Positions 25,385 through 39,412 of a stretch of DNA of 64,000 bases are shown here, piece after piece. This DNA is from Eledone cirrhosa (taxonomy: Eukaryota). The stretch lies in NCBI GenBank assembly GCA_964016885.1, contig OZ024741.1, forward strand, positions 189,844,001 through 189,908,000. Reading direction: 5' to 3'. Below the pieces are notes generated by a model. The model did not search any database, was not told the origin of the DNA, and was given only the letters and a program-made list of their open reading frames with translations. The translations under genes were made by a program, and so were the position numbers. The number at the start of each line of letters is the position of its first letter. Position 1 is the stretch's first letter.

Positions 25385-25731
25385 TTTCGTCATCATCATC
25401 ATTTCGTTTTAAGTCCACTTTTTCCCTGCTTGCAAGAGTGGGACGGGAACTGATGCTGGCTTGATTTCTACAGCTGGATGCCCTTCCTAACACCAACCTC
25501 ATTTACAGTGAGTGGTGGGTGCTTTTTTGCCATGGCACCTCCACGACCACTTTGCAGTGGAATGATATGGATCCCAGTCCCTATCATCTCATTTCTACAG
25601 CTGAGTAAACTGGAGCAATGTGAAATAAAGTGTCTTGCTCAAGGAAACAACACATCACCCGGTCTGAGAATTGAACTCACAACCTTTCGATTGCCAGGCC
25701 AATGCTCTAACCACTAAGCCATGTGCCTCCA
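25385..25731 (-). mobile_element. Full-length tRNA-CORE SINE
   Basis: Head ggaggcacatggcttagtggttagagc (A box) ... gagttcaattctc (B box), CORE-like domain, RTE-A tail. Confidence 0.9.
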
Positions 25732-25732
25732 T

Positions 25733-25813
<81 letters not shown>

Positions 25814-25959
25814 TTTGTAAAGTATGTGCATATTTTTGGGCGGTGTGTATATATATATATATTTGAACGTATTTGATTTACTTTATACTTATCACTTTTT
25901 ATTCTAAAAATAATCTTTCGCCTCTATTAATATAGTTTAAGTTATTGGAAATAACTCCT

Positions 25960-26520
25960 CAGCCTTGCACTTGCAGTACAAGCAGGCATAACAAATCACA
26001 GCAGAGGCAGTAAAGGCGTCCATATTTAAGACATAGGAGGACTTTGGGGTTAAGCTGGAATCCTACTTCAGATTAGCAAATAGCATTCTGGCAGACCATC
26101 TGCTGACTTCGTAATAAGAAGCCCACCTCCACACCTGCTATCAAGAACACGTCTGGGGTTCTCCTCGCTTCAGAGAGGTGTATCCTCACTAGGTAGAGAG
26201 TATACTTTGCTGATCTCTTGAACCTGATAATAACAGCATATTCGGATGTATAAAAGGTACATTGCATCTGGGGGCAGTGATGAATCTCTCAGAGGCCGAG
26301 GTCACAAGAGCAGTTAAAGGGCTCAAATGTGGCAAGGCTGCTGGAGAAAATGAAATCCGGCCTGAGATGTTAAAAGCCTTAAATAGAGAAGGTATTTTCT
26401 GACTGACTCATGTGTGCCGGGTGGCCTGGATTTCTGGAAAGACACCTAAGTAATGGCAATCAGTAGTGATAATCCCAATTTTCAAGAAGGGAGACAAGAG
26501 ATTGTTCCAATTACAGGGTG
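25960..26520 (+). mobile_element. Degraded RTE (Expander/Rex3-like) internal fragment
   Basis: SEAEVTRAVKGLKCGKAAGENEIRPEMLKALNREG...W.SGKTPK.WQS.VIIPIFKKGDKR. Confidence 0.85.
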
Positions 26521-26529
26521 ATGTATTAG

Positions 26530-27208
26530 TAGTATCAGTAAAGCACCAGACAATATGCTTTGTAGCATATAGTTACGGCTTTTCACATTTTGATTTCAAA
26601 TCCTGCCAAGGTAACCTTTGCCTTTCATCCTTACGGGCATGATAAAATAAAGGACCAGTAACTCACTGGGGTCAATTTGATCGACCTTTTCTTTCCCTTC
26701 AAATTGCTGGCCTTGTGCCAAAAGTAGAAACATTATTATAAACCGAATGGCAGTAGAGCGTCAGACACCGTGCTTTGCAGCATAGAGTTATGGCCCTTTA
26801 CATTCTGAATAAAGCTCCAATAATACACTGGGGGTCATTGTTGGCCTTGTGCCAAAAGTAGAAACAATTATTATAGACCAAATGAACTGCAAGTAGCTAC
26901 AGTGTTGTTCCTCATTTCTCAGTCTCAGTAATTTACTTTAATATTTCTGTTCTTTCATTAATTCCAAACATTTCTCTTCATCTTACTCAGCATCGCTCTC
27001 TCCTTCCCTGCCCCCCACTTCTCAAAATATTTGTACTCTGTGATATTGTTTTCTATTAGAGATAATTTCACATACTGTGGTGGCTGCACTACTGCACAGC
27101 CACACCGTTATTTGACTTTGCCTTTCATCCTTACGGGGTCGATAAAATAAAAGTACCAGTAATGCACTGGGTAATTGCTGGCCTTATGCCTAAAGTAGAA
27201 ACAATTAT
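26530..27208 (+). mobile_element. Cluster of three Meta-domain SINE copies or fragments
   Basis: Meta-like ctttgcctttcatccttacggg at about 26615 and 27115, and ggccttgtgccaaaagtagaaaca-type tails at 26530-26740, 26745-26870 and 27105-27208. Confidence 0.75.
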
Positions 27209-27209
27209 T

Positions 27210-29060
27210 TAGTAACACACTACATAAATATACATATCTATACAACTGTACACTGCATACTTATAAGGATACACACTACAAAATTACACACATATAGACT
27301 CTACTGCTACACACAACATAACTATACTACACACTACACCACTCCACTGCTACACACTCCACTGCACAGTGTTACTCTATATAACACATACATAGCTACA
27401 CATTACATAACTATACAGCTACACCCTACAAACTACATAATTACACAGCTACACATTACATAACTACACAGCTACACCCTACAAACTACATAATTACACA
27501 GCTACACACTACATAACTACACAACTACACCTCACAAACCACATAACTACACAGCTACATTACACACTAGATAACTACACAGCTATACACTACACACTAC
27601 ATAACAATACAGCAACACTACACATTACATAACAATGCAGCTACACTACAAACAACATAACTACACAACTATACATTACACAGCTATACTCTACACACTA
27701 CATAATTACACAGCTACACACTACATAACAACACAGCTATACACTACACACTACAGCTACTCTACAGACTACATAACTACACAGCTATACACTACATAAC
27801 TACACAGCTATACACTACATAACTACACAGCTACACACTACATAACTACACAGCTACACACTACATAACTACACAGCTTCACACGACACACTACATAACA
27901 AAATACATAACAAAATAGCTACACTACACACTACATAATTATACTGTACATAACTACACAGCTAAACATTACATAGAGCTACACCACTATACCACTACAC
28001 CACTTACTACCATACCACTATAAAACTACACCACTCTAACACTACCCCATTTCACCACTACCTCACTACCCCACTCGTCCATTTTACCACTCACCACTAC
28101 ACCACTCCACCACTACAGCTCTATACCACTCCACCAACTCACAACTACACTATGCCACCACTATACCATTCCTCTGCTATACCACTACACAACTACACCA
28201 CTCATCTACTACACCACTGCACCACTACACCGCTCCACCACTCCACTACACAACTACACAACTACACAACTACACCACTCCACCACTACACCACTACACC
28301 ATTACACCCCTACACCACTCCACAACTACACCACTCCACAACTACACCACTACATCACTCCACCACTACACAACTCCACCACTACACCACTACACAACTA
28401 CACCACTCCACCACTACACCACTCCACAACTACACCACTCCACAACTACATCACTACACCACTAAACCACTCCACCACTACACCACTACATCACTCCACC
28501 ACTACACCACTCCAGCACAACACCACTCCACCACTCCACCACTCCACAACTACACCACTCCACAACTACATCACTACACCACTAAACCACTACATCACTC
28601 CACCACTACACCACTCCACCACTACACCACTACACAACTACACCACTCTACCACTCCACAACTACACCACTCCACAACTACACCACTACATCACTCCACC
28701 ACTAAACCACTCCACCACTACACCACTAAATCACTCCACCACTACACCACTACACCACTCCAGCACAACACCACTCCACCACTCCACCACTCCACCACTC
28801 CACAACTACATCACTACACCACTAAACCACTACATCACTCCACCACTACACCACTCCACCACTACACCACTACACCACTACACCACTACACCACTCCACA
28901 ACTACACCACTCTACCACTACACCACTCCACAACTACACCACTCCACCACTACATCACTCCACCACTAAACCACTACACCACTACACCACTCCACCACTC
29001 CACAACTACACCACTACACCACTACATCACTCCACCACTCCAGTGTACCACTCCACTATA
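27210..29060. repeat. Degenerate ACTAC/CCACT-based satellite
   Basis: 5- to 8-nt motifs (actacac, ccactcca) with higher-order repeats. Confidence 0.9.
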
Positions 29061-29149
29061 ATTTCTCTAACTATTCCAAATCTGTTCTGGTCTTTATTCA
29101 AATAAAGTCACCACATACCTCCCGGCCTCCACCATCTCCAATATCAGTA

Positions 29150-32100
29150 ACACCACTGCCAACACCACCAACACCACCAACACCACCAACACCACTGCCA
29201 ACACCACTGCCAACACCACCAACACCACCAACACCACCAACACCACCGCCAACACCACTGCCAACACCACCAACACCACCATCACCAACACCAACACCAC
29301 CAACACCGCCAACACCACCAACACCACCAACACCACCAACACCACCAACACCACCAACACCACTGCCAACACCACCAACACCACCATCACCAACACCAAC
29401 ACCAACACCATCAACACCATCAACACCACCAACACCGCCAACACCACCAACACCACCAACACCACTGCCAACACCACCAACACCACCATCACCAACACCA
29501 ACACCAACACCATCAACACCATCAACACCACCAACACCGCCAACACCACCAACACCACCAACACCACTGCCAACACCACTGCCAACACCACCAACACCAC
29601 CAACACCACCAACACCACCGCCAACACCACCAACACCACCAACACCACTAACACCACCACCAACACCACCAACACCACCAACACCAACACCACCAACACC
29701 ACCAACACCACCAACACTACCGCCAACACCACCAACACCACCAACACCATCGCCAACACCACCACCAACACCAACACCATCGCCAACACCACCACCAACA
29801 CCAACACCACCGCCAACACCAACACTACTACCAACACCACCAACACCACCACCAACACCAACAACTCTACCTCCAGCACCAACACCACCAACAACACCAA
29901 TATCAACACCACCACCATCACCATCACCAATACTGCCATCACCAACACCACCACCACCAACACCATCTACTCTACCTCCAGCACCACCAACACCAATATC
30001 AACACCAACACCACCACCACCATCTACTCTACCTCCAGCACCACCAACACCAATATCAACACCACCACCATCACCAACACCACCAACACCACCACCACCA
30101 ACACCACCAACTCCAACACCATCTACTCTACCTCCAGCACCACCAACACACAACACCAACACCAACACCATCACCAACACCATCACCAACACCACCACCA
30201 TCACCAACACCACCACCAACACCAACACACAACACCAACACACAACACCAACACCAACACCAACACCACCACCACCATCACCAACACCACCACCAACACC
30301 AACACCATCACCAACACCAACACCAACACCACCACCACCACCAACACACAACACCAACATCACCATCACCAACACCACCACCACCACCACCACCAACACC
30401 AACACCAACACCATCTACTCTACCTCCAGCACCACCAACACCAATATCAACACCAACACCACCACCACCACCACCACCACCAACACCACCACCATCTACT
30501 CTACCTCCAGCACCACCAACACCAATATCAACACCAACACCACCACCACCAACACCACCACCATCTACTCTACCTCCAACACCACCAACACCAATATCAA
30601 CACCAACACCACCATCACCAACACCACCATCACCATCACCAACACCACAATCACCAACACCACCATCACCAACACCACCACCAGCAATGACACCACCAAC
30701 TCTACCTCCAACACCACCATCACCAACACCACAATCACCAACACCACCATCACCAACACCACCACCAGCAATAACACCACCAACTCTACCTCCAGCACCA
30801 CCATCACCACCATCACCAACACCAACACCACCATCACCAACACCACCACCAGCAATGACACCACCAACTCTACCTCCAGCACCACCATCACCACCATCAC
30901 CAACACCACCACCAGCAATGACACCACCAACTCTACCTCCAACACCACCATCACCACCATCACCAACACCACCACCAGCAATGACACCACCAACTCTACC
31001 TCCAGCACCACCATCACCACCATCACCAACACCACCACCAGCAATGACACCACCAACTCTACCTCCAGCACCACCAACACCACCATCACCAACACCACCA
31101 CCAGCAATGACACCACCAACTCTACCTCCAGCACCACCATCACCACCATCACCAACACCACCACCAGCAATGACACCACCAACTCTACCTCCAGCACCAC
31201 CAACACCACCATCACCAACACCACCACCAGCAATGACACCACCAACTCTACCTCCAACACCACCATCACCAACACCACAATCACCAACACCACCATCACC
31301 AACACCACCACCAGCAATAACACCACCAACTCTACCTCCAGCACCACCATCACCACCATCACCAACACCACCACCAGCAATGACACCACCAACTCTACCT
31401 CCAACACCACCACCAACACCACCACCAGCAATGACACCACCAACTCTACCTCCAGCACCACCATCACCACCATCACCAACACCAACACCACCACCAGCAA
31501 TAACACCACCAACTCTACCTCCAGCACCACCATCACCACCATCACCAACACCAACACCACCACCAGCAATAACACCACCAACTCTACCTCCAGCACCACC
31601 ATCACCACCATCACCAACACCAACACCACCACCAGCAATGACACCACCAACTCTACCTCCAACACCACCACCAACACCACCACCAGCAATGACACCACCA
31701 ACTCTACCTCCAGCACCACCATCACCACCATCACCAACACCAACACCACCACCAGCAATAACACCACCAACTCTACCTCCAGCACCACCATCACCACCAT
31801 CACCAACACCAACACCACCACCAGCAATGACACCACCAACTCTACCTCCAGCACCACCAACACCACCATCACCAACACCACCACCAGCAATGACACCACC
31901 AACTCTACCTCCAACACCACCATCACCAACACCACAATCACCAACACCACCATCACCAACACCACCACCAGCAATAACACCACCAACTCTACCTCCAGCA
32001 CCACCATCACCACCATCACCAACACCAACACCACCACCAGCAATGACACCACCAACTCTACCTCCAGCACCACCATCACCACCATCACCAACACCACCAC

Positions 32101-32240
32101 CAGCAATGACACCACCAACTCTACCTCCAACACCACCACCAACACCAACACCACCACCAGCAATGACACCACCAACTCTACCTCCAACACCACCAACACC
32201 ATCTGCTCAACCTCCCACACGACCAACACCACCAATACTA
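29150..32240. repeat. (ACC/AAC/ATC) compound triplet array with ~60-90-bp higher-order units
   Basis: Recurrent cagcaatgacaccaccaactctacctcc anchor, about 25 times from 30.68 kb onward. Confidence 0.95.
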
Positions 32241-32419
32241 TTTCCATTACTGCTACCACTACTACTATAACAGCTGCTGCTGCTTCAGTCATTGAACACT
32301 GTTCAATAATGATCACATCAATACTATTGATCCCCCCCCCCCTCTGCTCTCCAATAATTTCAATCATCCACACTGCAATAACTATATATTTTTCTGGCTT
32401 CAGTGATCTAATATGTCTG

Positions 32420-32665
32420 TATTTGCCTCTCTGTGTATGTGTGTGCACGCACGCGTGTGTGTGTATGTGTTTGTGTGTCTGGTTGTATGTGTGTGTATGT
32501 ATGTATCTATGTATGTATCATGTATTTATGTTTGTATGTATGTATGTGTGTATGTGTTTGTGTCTGGTTGTATGTATGTGTGTGTATGTATGTATGTATC
32601 TATGTATGTATCATGTATTTATGTTTGTATGTATGTATGTGTGTATGTGTTTGTGTGTCTGTTTG

Positions 32666-32696
<31 letters not shown>

Positions 32697-33392
32697 GAAA
32701 TTATTGTGTACAGTGCTCAGGTGCACTACAACTCATCAAAGGTGCATGTATAGTACATAGAATAATGTATGTATGTATGTGTGTGTGTATGTATGTATGT
32801 ATCTATGTATGTACCATGTATTTATGTTTGTATGTGTGTATGTATGTACGTATGTATCTATCCATGTTTGTATGTATTTATGCTTGTATGTGTGTATGTA
32901 TGTATGTACGTATGTATCTATCCATGTTTGTATGTGTGTATGTATGTGTGTGTGTATGTATGTACGTATGTATCTGTCCATGTTTGTATGTATGTATGTA
33001 TGTATGTATATATGTGTATGTAGGTGCATATGTATCTATCCATGTTTGTATGTGTGTATGTATGTACGTATGTATCTATCCATGTTTGTATGTATGTATA
33101 TGTATGTATGTGTGTGTATGTATGTATGTGTGTGTATGTATGTACGTATGTATCTATCCATGTTTGTATGTATGTATGTATATATGTGTATGTAGGTGCG
33201 TATGTATCTATCCATGTTTGTATGTATGTATGTATGTATGTATGTATATATGTGTATGTAGGTGCGTATGTATCTATCTATGTTTGTATGTATGTATGTA
33301 TGTATGTATGTATATATGTGTATGTATGTACATATGTATCTATCCATGTTTGTATGTATGTATGTATGTATGTATATATGTGTATGTATGTG
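32420..33392. repeat. (TATG/TG)n compound microsatellite with higher-order repeats
   Basis: Recurrent tatgtatctatccatgtttgtatg. Confidence 0.95.
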
Positions 33393-33494
33393 TGGAGGGA
33401 GTGATTATCTATCTCTATGTATATATGTTGAACAATACATAGACAGTCATATCTATATAATTATATTCTCACATGCAAGATTCATTTATCTCCG

Positions 33495-33525
<31 letters not shown>

Positions 33526-33681
33526 TTTACATGGGCTTTCCCATGCGTGCTTGGGTTGGATAGGTTGTCATGGTCTAAGTCAATTTTGATTCTGAGTTAC
33601 TGAGTCAAAAGACCATGTATCACTTGGACTTTCCATTTTTGGCATGTTTCTATGCATATGTGTGTGTGTGTGTGTGTGTGT

Positions 33682-33960
33682 GATGACTGGTGTCCTTGGC
33701 CCTAGGGCCAATTCCCTACTCACCACCAAAGGCACTGAGCTGCCTAGCTGCATGTGTGAGCCTCGCGAGATTGAATGGCTCTTCCAGCGCATCTCCCTCA
33801 CCATACTCCAGGTAAATGCCTTCTCTATTCTGACCCGCCAGGGCTGTGGGGCTGCTAACACATGGGACCCCACTTGCTCATAATAGTGAGAGATGGGGAG
33901 GGTAAGAGAGATGGAGGCGATAACAGTGGGAAATCGGCCCCTCTGTATTCGGACCTGGTG
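33682..33960 (+). mobile_element. CRE-clade (RLE-type) non-LTR retrotransposon 3' fragment
   Basis: TGVLGPRANSLL...EPREIEWLFQRISLTILQVNAFSIL resembles the CRE C-terminus (T-G-xWG...A...RE..FL.QRLS.AIQRGNA.SIL); flanked by TG repeats. Confidence 0.7.
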
Positions 33961-35418
33961 TACGTGTATGTGTGTGTTTGCTTCTTTGTGTTTATGGACG
34001 ACATTATATTTATACTCCAAGTGAGTTTATAGATATTACATCTGTAGAAAGTTTTACATGATCAAAATGGTTAAGAAGTTCACTTTGCAATGATTATGTA
34101 TCTGGTTCAATCCCACTGCATGACATCTTGGGAAAGTGTCATTTACCATAACCTATTTGGAAACCTGTTTGATGGAATGTACCTGTAATTCAAAGGACCA
34201 GCCTTATCACGCTGAGTCATGCTGAATCCTTCTCAGAATTATGTTAAGTGTACACATGTCTGTAAAATGCTCAGCTATTTACTTACATATTAATTACATG
34301 AGCAAGCTGTTCTCTTGCTCAAACAACTGAAACACTCATCATCGACACAGATGGAGGTCCGTCAAAAACAATGTCTGTGAGAATGTTTATATATATGTTC
34401 CTGTGTTTCTATTGCTTCATCATCATCATCATCATCAGACATCCATTTTGCTAACAGACATATGGATTGGGTGTATTCTCCTGTACAATGCTTCTTCAAT
34501 CCTTGATTATGTCCCTTTATCTTGAAATCAGCTTTACTACTTCTTCCCAAGTTTTCTTTAGCCATTCTCTCAGCATGTTCCTTTTACACGGATAGCTTGT
34601 ACTTTGCTCAACTCTCATCTTCCATAGACATTACGTGTCAATACCAGGTTAGTCTTCACTTGTGCATACTACATCTAATTTCTTTTGTATCCAGTGTTCT
34701 CTTAGCTCATTTGTATTCAATTGTTCCAACTGAATCTGGTCTCAGAGGAACAAAAACGATCTCCATGTCGTTTAAGGGTATTATATTTATAATTTATAAA
34801 GTAACTCTTAGTAAGGCATGGTTGCAGTGCTGGCGGCGGCGGTGACATTCTCAACATCTCACTGCTGACATAACTACCCACGTTATTTTTCCAAACTCAA
34901 GAAAGTGTTTAGTTATAAGTTTGAAAACAGAGACAACAGAGAGGAGTTCCAGCTAGATTTTGTCTACAAAATCTCCATACGGTTTAAATAAACAACAAAT
35001 CTCTGATATCCAAATGGCTAAATGTCAGCAGAAGGGCAACCAGGAGTCATGACCTGGATGCGGCCCAACCAGCCCCTTAAAGTGTAAGAAATTAAGGGTT
35101 AAAGCACTTGCTTGTGGGGCGGGTTTCTTTTCTGAAGACCTCCTGCTGTCCAGCTCTCCTCAGAGCTTCTTCTCTGAAGACCTTCTGCTGGTTTACTTTG
35201 AGGTTTCTTAATTCTATGCTTTGCTTCCACGTTTGGAATTTCTTCTAATTCTTCAACTGATTCAGTTATAACTATGTCATTAGTATAGATGGTTTCCCAT
35301 GGACAGTCAGTCTTAATACAATCATGTGTTTCTTTATACATGCCAAAAGAAGTTTTATATATGTGTATGATTAGGAGTGTGAGTGTGTAAGAATATGCAT
35401 TTATACAAACCTATCTAT

Positions 35419-35634
35419 TTAACTCTTTAGCATTTACATTACTCTATATTTACTATAGTATTTTTGTGGTAAAGTCTTTATCTCACATAATATCGAATCT
35501 ATGACATTTTGATATTATTCATTTTGGGAATAATACCTTAACATAAGTATGAGTACCTAGTTATGGACAGTTTGAACAGAAAGAGGTGAGAGAATTGTGG
35601 CTGGATACAGCCGGTTTAAATGTTAAAGGGTTAA
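35419..35634. mobile_element. piggyBac-type MITE
   Basis: TTAA|CTCTTTAGCATTTA ... TAAATGTTAAAGGG|TTAA. Confidence 0.85.
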
Positions 35635-36670
35635 ATCTCAAAAATTAGTGGCTAAATCTACAAATTACACCCTACTGTCTTAAAGAGTAAGAGACACATT
35701 GGATAATATAATCCTAGATAGTCAATGCTTGAGCTTAATATGGGGTGTTGTGATTGGAATACCTCTGGTCACAGGTTTACACTAACATAGGGCTAAGCAA
35801 CACTCCACCTTTATGTTCTGATACTGTTGCTATCTTTGTGTTATTTCTGTTTGTTTTTATTTTGTTTTGTTTTTTCTTTTGTAACCTTATTTTTTTTGTT
35901 ATGTTTTGTTTTTTATCTTTTTTGTAAGAATTAATTCTTATGAAATATTTCTTTGGATTAATTGAAATATAGGAGAAACTGAATGAAATCTGTATTCATG
36001 GTTTGTTTCGCAGTTTTAGTTTTATGTAGGGGAAAAAAATCAAAAATGTAAAATATGAAAATAATCCACTTTGACGAGTTGTAGTGCACCTGAGCACTTT
36101 ACACAATAATTTCATTATTATTATTATCATTATTATTATATTGCCAGTTTAAATGCTAAAGGATTAAGACGACTATTTTGGTATAAACTCAACTCAGACA
36201 TGTACAGCAATCATAATCAGGACAAATTTGCCATGCAGTAATTTAAAATGTTTCAATCTTGTATATACTCTCTCTCTCTAAGGCTCACTGCTTTGAGATC
36301 TGATCTCACTACTTCTCATGTCTTCCTCAAGCACAGGTATTTTACATCATTTGTATATGATACTATTTCAGTCAGCCATTATCATTCATTTACATCGCTT
36401 GTTCATAGCATTACAATAGGCACCTCCTCTTAAATTGACTAGCACCATTAATACCCTGGCAGAGTATATGACTGATGCATGAAACAGCAGCATGAGAAAG
36501 CAAAGCATGGTGCAGGTGTCAGAGACCTCCAACCCTCAATTATGAGTATGGGATTCTATGATTCATATTATTATTAATACTTAGCTGACTTGTCTTGCTA
36601 TACATGCAAATTAAATATTACACATCTAATGGATCGTGTTCACTTCATTTGTCTCCAGCTTCTGCAGATC

Positions 36671-36870
36671 NNNNNNNNNNNNNNNNNNNNNNNNNNNNNN
36701 NNNNNNNNNNNNNNNNNNNNNNNNNNNNNNNNNNNNNNNNNNNNNNNNNNNNNNNNNNNNNNNNNNNNNNNNNNNNNNNNNNNNNNNNNNNNNNNNNNNN
36801 NNNNNNNNNNNNNNNNNNNNNNNNNNNNNNNNNNNNNNNNNNNNNNNNNNNNNNNNNNNNNNNNNNNNNN
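36671..36870. other. Assembly gap (200 N)
   Basis: N run, preceded by GATC. Confidence 1.
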
Positions 36871-37052
36871 CTCTTCCCTTCTACATATATGTGCGACAGA
36901 CAGACAGTGGGAGAAACTGCAAATATACTTATTCTGTATTTTCAATAAATGTTAATGTTGAACAGTTTTCAAACTGTTATTAATCTACACCAAGAAAGTC
37001 AATCTAAGCATTATTTGAACAATTTATGAAGGCACATACATGATTAACAAAT

Positions 37053-37238
37053 GTGGATTGGCAGTATCGGTAGAGGGTCGGACGCCATGCTTTCCAGCAT
37101 AGTTACGTCCCTTTACGATCTGAGTTCAAATCCCGCCGAGGTTGACTTTGCCTTTCATCCTTACGGGGTCGATAAAATAAAGTACCAGTAATGCACTGGG
37201 TAATTGCTGGCCTTGTGCCTAAAGTAGAAACAATTATT
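37053..37238 (+). mobile_element. Young Meta-domain tRNA SINE
   Basis: B box gagttcaaatccc; Meta-like gttgactttgcctttcatccttacggggtcgataaaataaagtaccag; almost identical to 59361 and 56582. Confidence 0.9.
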
Positions 37239-38209
37239 ACCAGTATCATAGCGACTGGTAATGACCTAGTTTCATATAATTAGCCTGTCCAACCCATGGC
37301 AGTATGAGAAGCAGTCCATAAATGGTCATGTGCATTGGCATGGTTGGCCATGTTTATGTTTACATGTGTTGCCTCATTTTATGTCAGAAACAGTAACTTA
37401 GAATTTCAATGTATGTATGTATGTATGGTCCCATAACCCCTGATAGAGTCGTAGGGGCGCTGCTTTGGCACTTTAAGCCTGGCAGACCCCATCCCTCTCC
37501 AGGCCTGTGTACAGCAGATATCTTCCAGAGAAAGATAGAAAGTGAGAGAGAGGAAATGAGACTTTCAATAGAACTCAATAAAATAAGTACCAGATTAAAA
37601 TATATACTAGGGTCAATATGGTCAGTTAGAAACCACTTGATGGTGGTGCCCATCATGGCCACAGCCTGTTGACTGGAATCAGTAGAGGAATAAAAAAAAT
37701 ATTGATCATGAATCAAATTTATCTTGTTTTTTTAAGAAACACTGCTTCATCTTATGTGAGAAAACCAATTATCTTTTTACTACACTCTCATTTCTTTGTT
37801 CTTGTAGCATTCCATAAAAGAAAATAAATGAAGAAGTCAGTAAGGAGAATAGCAAATTATCTTTCTTAGATAACGATAAGGAGAATCTGTCAAATTTCCA
37901 ATTTATATATATTTTATATGTATTGTTTATGGATTTAGCATGGCTGGGTGGTTAAAATTTAGCTTCACAACCATGTGGTTTCAGTTTCAGTCCCACTGCA
38001 TTGCTAAACAACAATAGCTAGGAAGGACACATTAGTTATCTCTACATTACTCTATATATACTTTTTTTTTTAATTTTAGAAAAAATCCGTTGTGTTCAGA
38101 CCTGCAGAGGGTTGGGCTTCGCCAGGTTTAAAGATTCTCTAGACACACCATTTGACGGTGCCTCTACAACTCCACAAGGAGTTATGGGATCTTTATCTCT
38201 ATCCTTATC

Positions 38210-38413
38210 CTATATTTACTATTGTATTTTGACAGTAAAGGCTTTATCTCACATAATTATTTCACATAATATCGAATCTATGCGATTTTGATATGATTTA
38301 TTTTGAGAACAATACCTTAGCATCAGTATGAGTGGCCGATTACAGCCAGTTTGAAAAGAAAGTGGTGAAAGAATTCTGGCTGAATACGGCCGGTTTAAAT
38401 GCTAAAGGGTTAA
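38210..38413. mobile_element. piggyBac-type MITE, right part
   Basis: Ends TAAATGCTAAAGGG|TTAA; body matches 49801-50017. Confidence 0.75.
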
Positions 38414-39222
38414 TGTAGTCTTAGATACTTTAGATCTGAAATAAAAGACTGGATGTTCACATTTGGGAGCACTTATCTTCATAGACCTTCTGAATCAAGG
38501 CTGACCTGGGAATAGGGAGAACAGTAACAACAACAGCAGCAACCAGCCATGTCTTTCAGTAAGAACATAGTATTGATTAATTAAGTGATTCCATCAACAC
38601 CACCATCACCACTCTCACTAATAAACAATGTTCAGTTAATGAGTAATGAGTAGATGATGGATGTTATTCAATCATCGTTACCAAGTGCAGACACTCATGC
38701 ACACACACACTTACACACACACACACACTTATACACACACACACTTACACACACACACTCACACACACACTTACACACACACACTCACACACACACACAC
38801 ACTTACACACACATACACTTACACACACACACTTACACACACACATGACCATACACACACTTACACCTACACACACACACGCACATACACATACACACAC
38901 TTACACACACACACAGAGAGCCATTGTGCCAGTGTTGATGCTGACACAACAGTTTACTATGTCGTCATATGACCATATCATATAGCATTACAACCAGCAT
39001 CATCAGCCTAGTTACAGGAGCGTTGCAGGGAAAGATGTGTGGGAGTAAAGTGAGCAAGGGATATATAAGGGGGAGCAGGGAAAGATAACCAGGTGGAGGA
39101 GTAGAGAAAGATGTAGAGAAGGAGGTTATTTTGTTTCTTTTGGTTTTGTTTTTTGTTCTTGTTTCTTTTTTATTTTTTTCCATTTTATTCTTTTTATATA
39201 AATCTGTTTCTCAAGTGTAGAA

Positions 39223-39288
<66 letters not shown>

Positions 39289-39290
39289 TG

Positions 39291-39341
39291 AGATTCTACA
39301 GGACTAGAACTGTTTCATTCTTTAGAAATCATCAGGAATCT
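39291..39341 (-). ncRNA. Type I hammerhead ribozyme motif
   Basis: Minus strand: agattc CTGATGA tttc-taaa-gaat GAAA cag-ttctagtc-ctg TA^gaatct; stem I 6 bp, stem III 4 bp, GUA cleavage triplet. Confidence 0.75.
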
Positions 39342-39372
39342 GGGTATCAAAAAATAAGTATGGTATTTATAG

Positions 39373-39406
<34 letters not shown>

Positions 39407-39412
<6 letters not shown>

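Noticed and set aside
25670-25731. tRNA gene
   Set aside because: A and B boxes are present, but they are SINE heads running into the CORE domain with no complete cloverleaf; the same holds for the other SINE heads.
28152-32448. Long His/Thr, Val/Leu, Gly/Val and Pro/Thr ORFs of 290-627 aa
   Set aside because: They are translations of low-complexity repeats that are open in several frames on both strands.
32309-33603. Many MYVC-repeat ORFs
   Set aside because: Translations of the (TATG)n microsatellite.
36590-36983. ORFs spanning the N run
   Set aside because: Artefact of the assembly gap.
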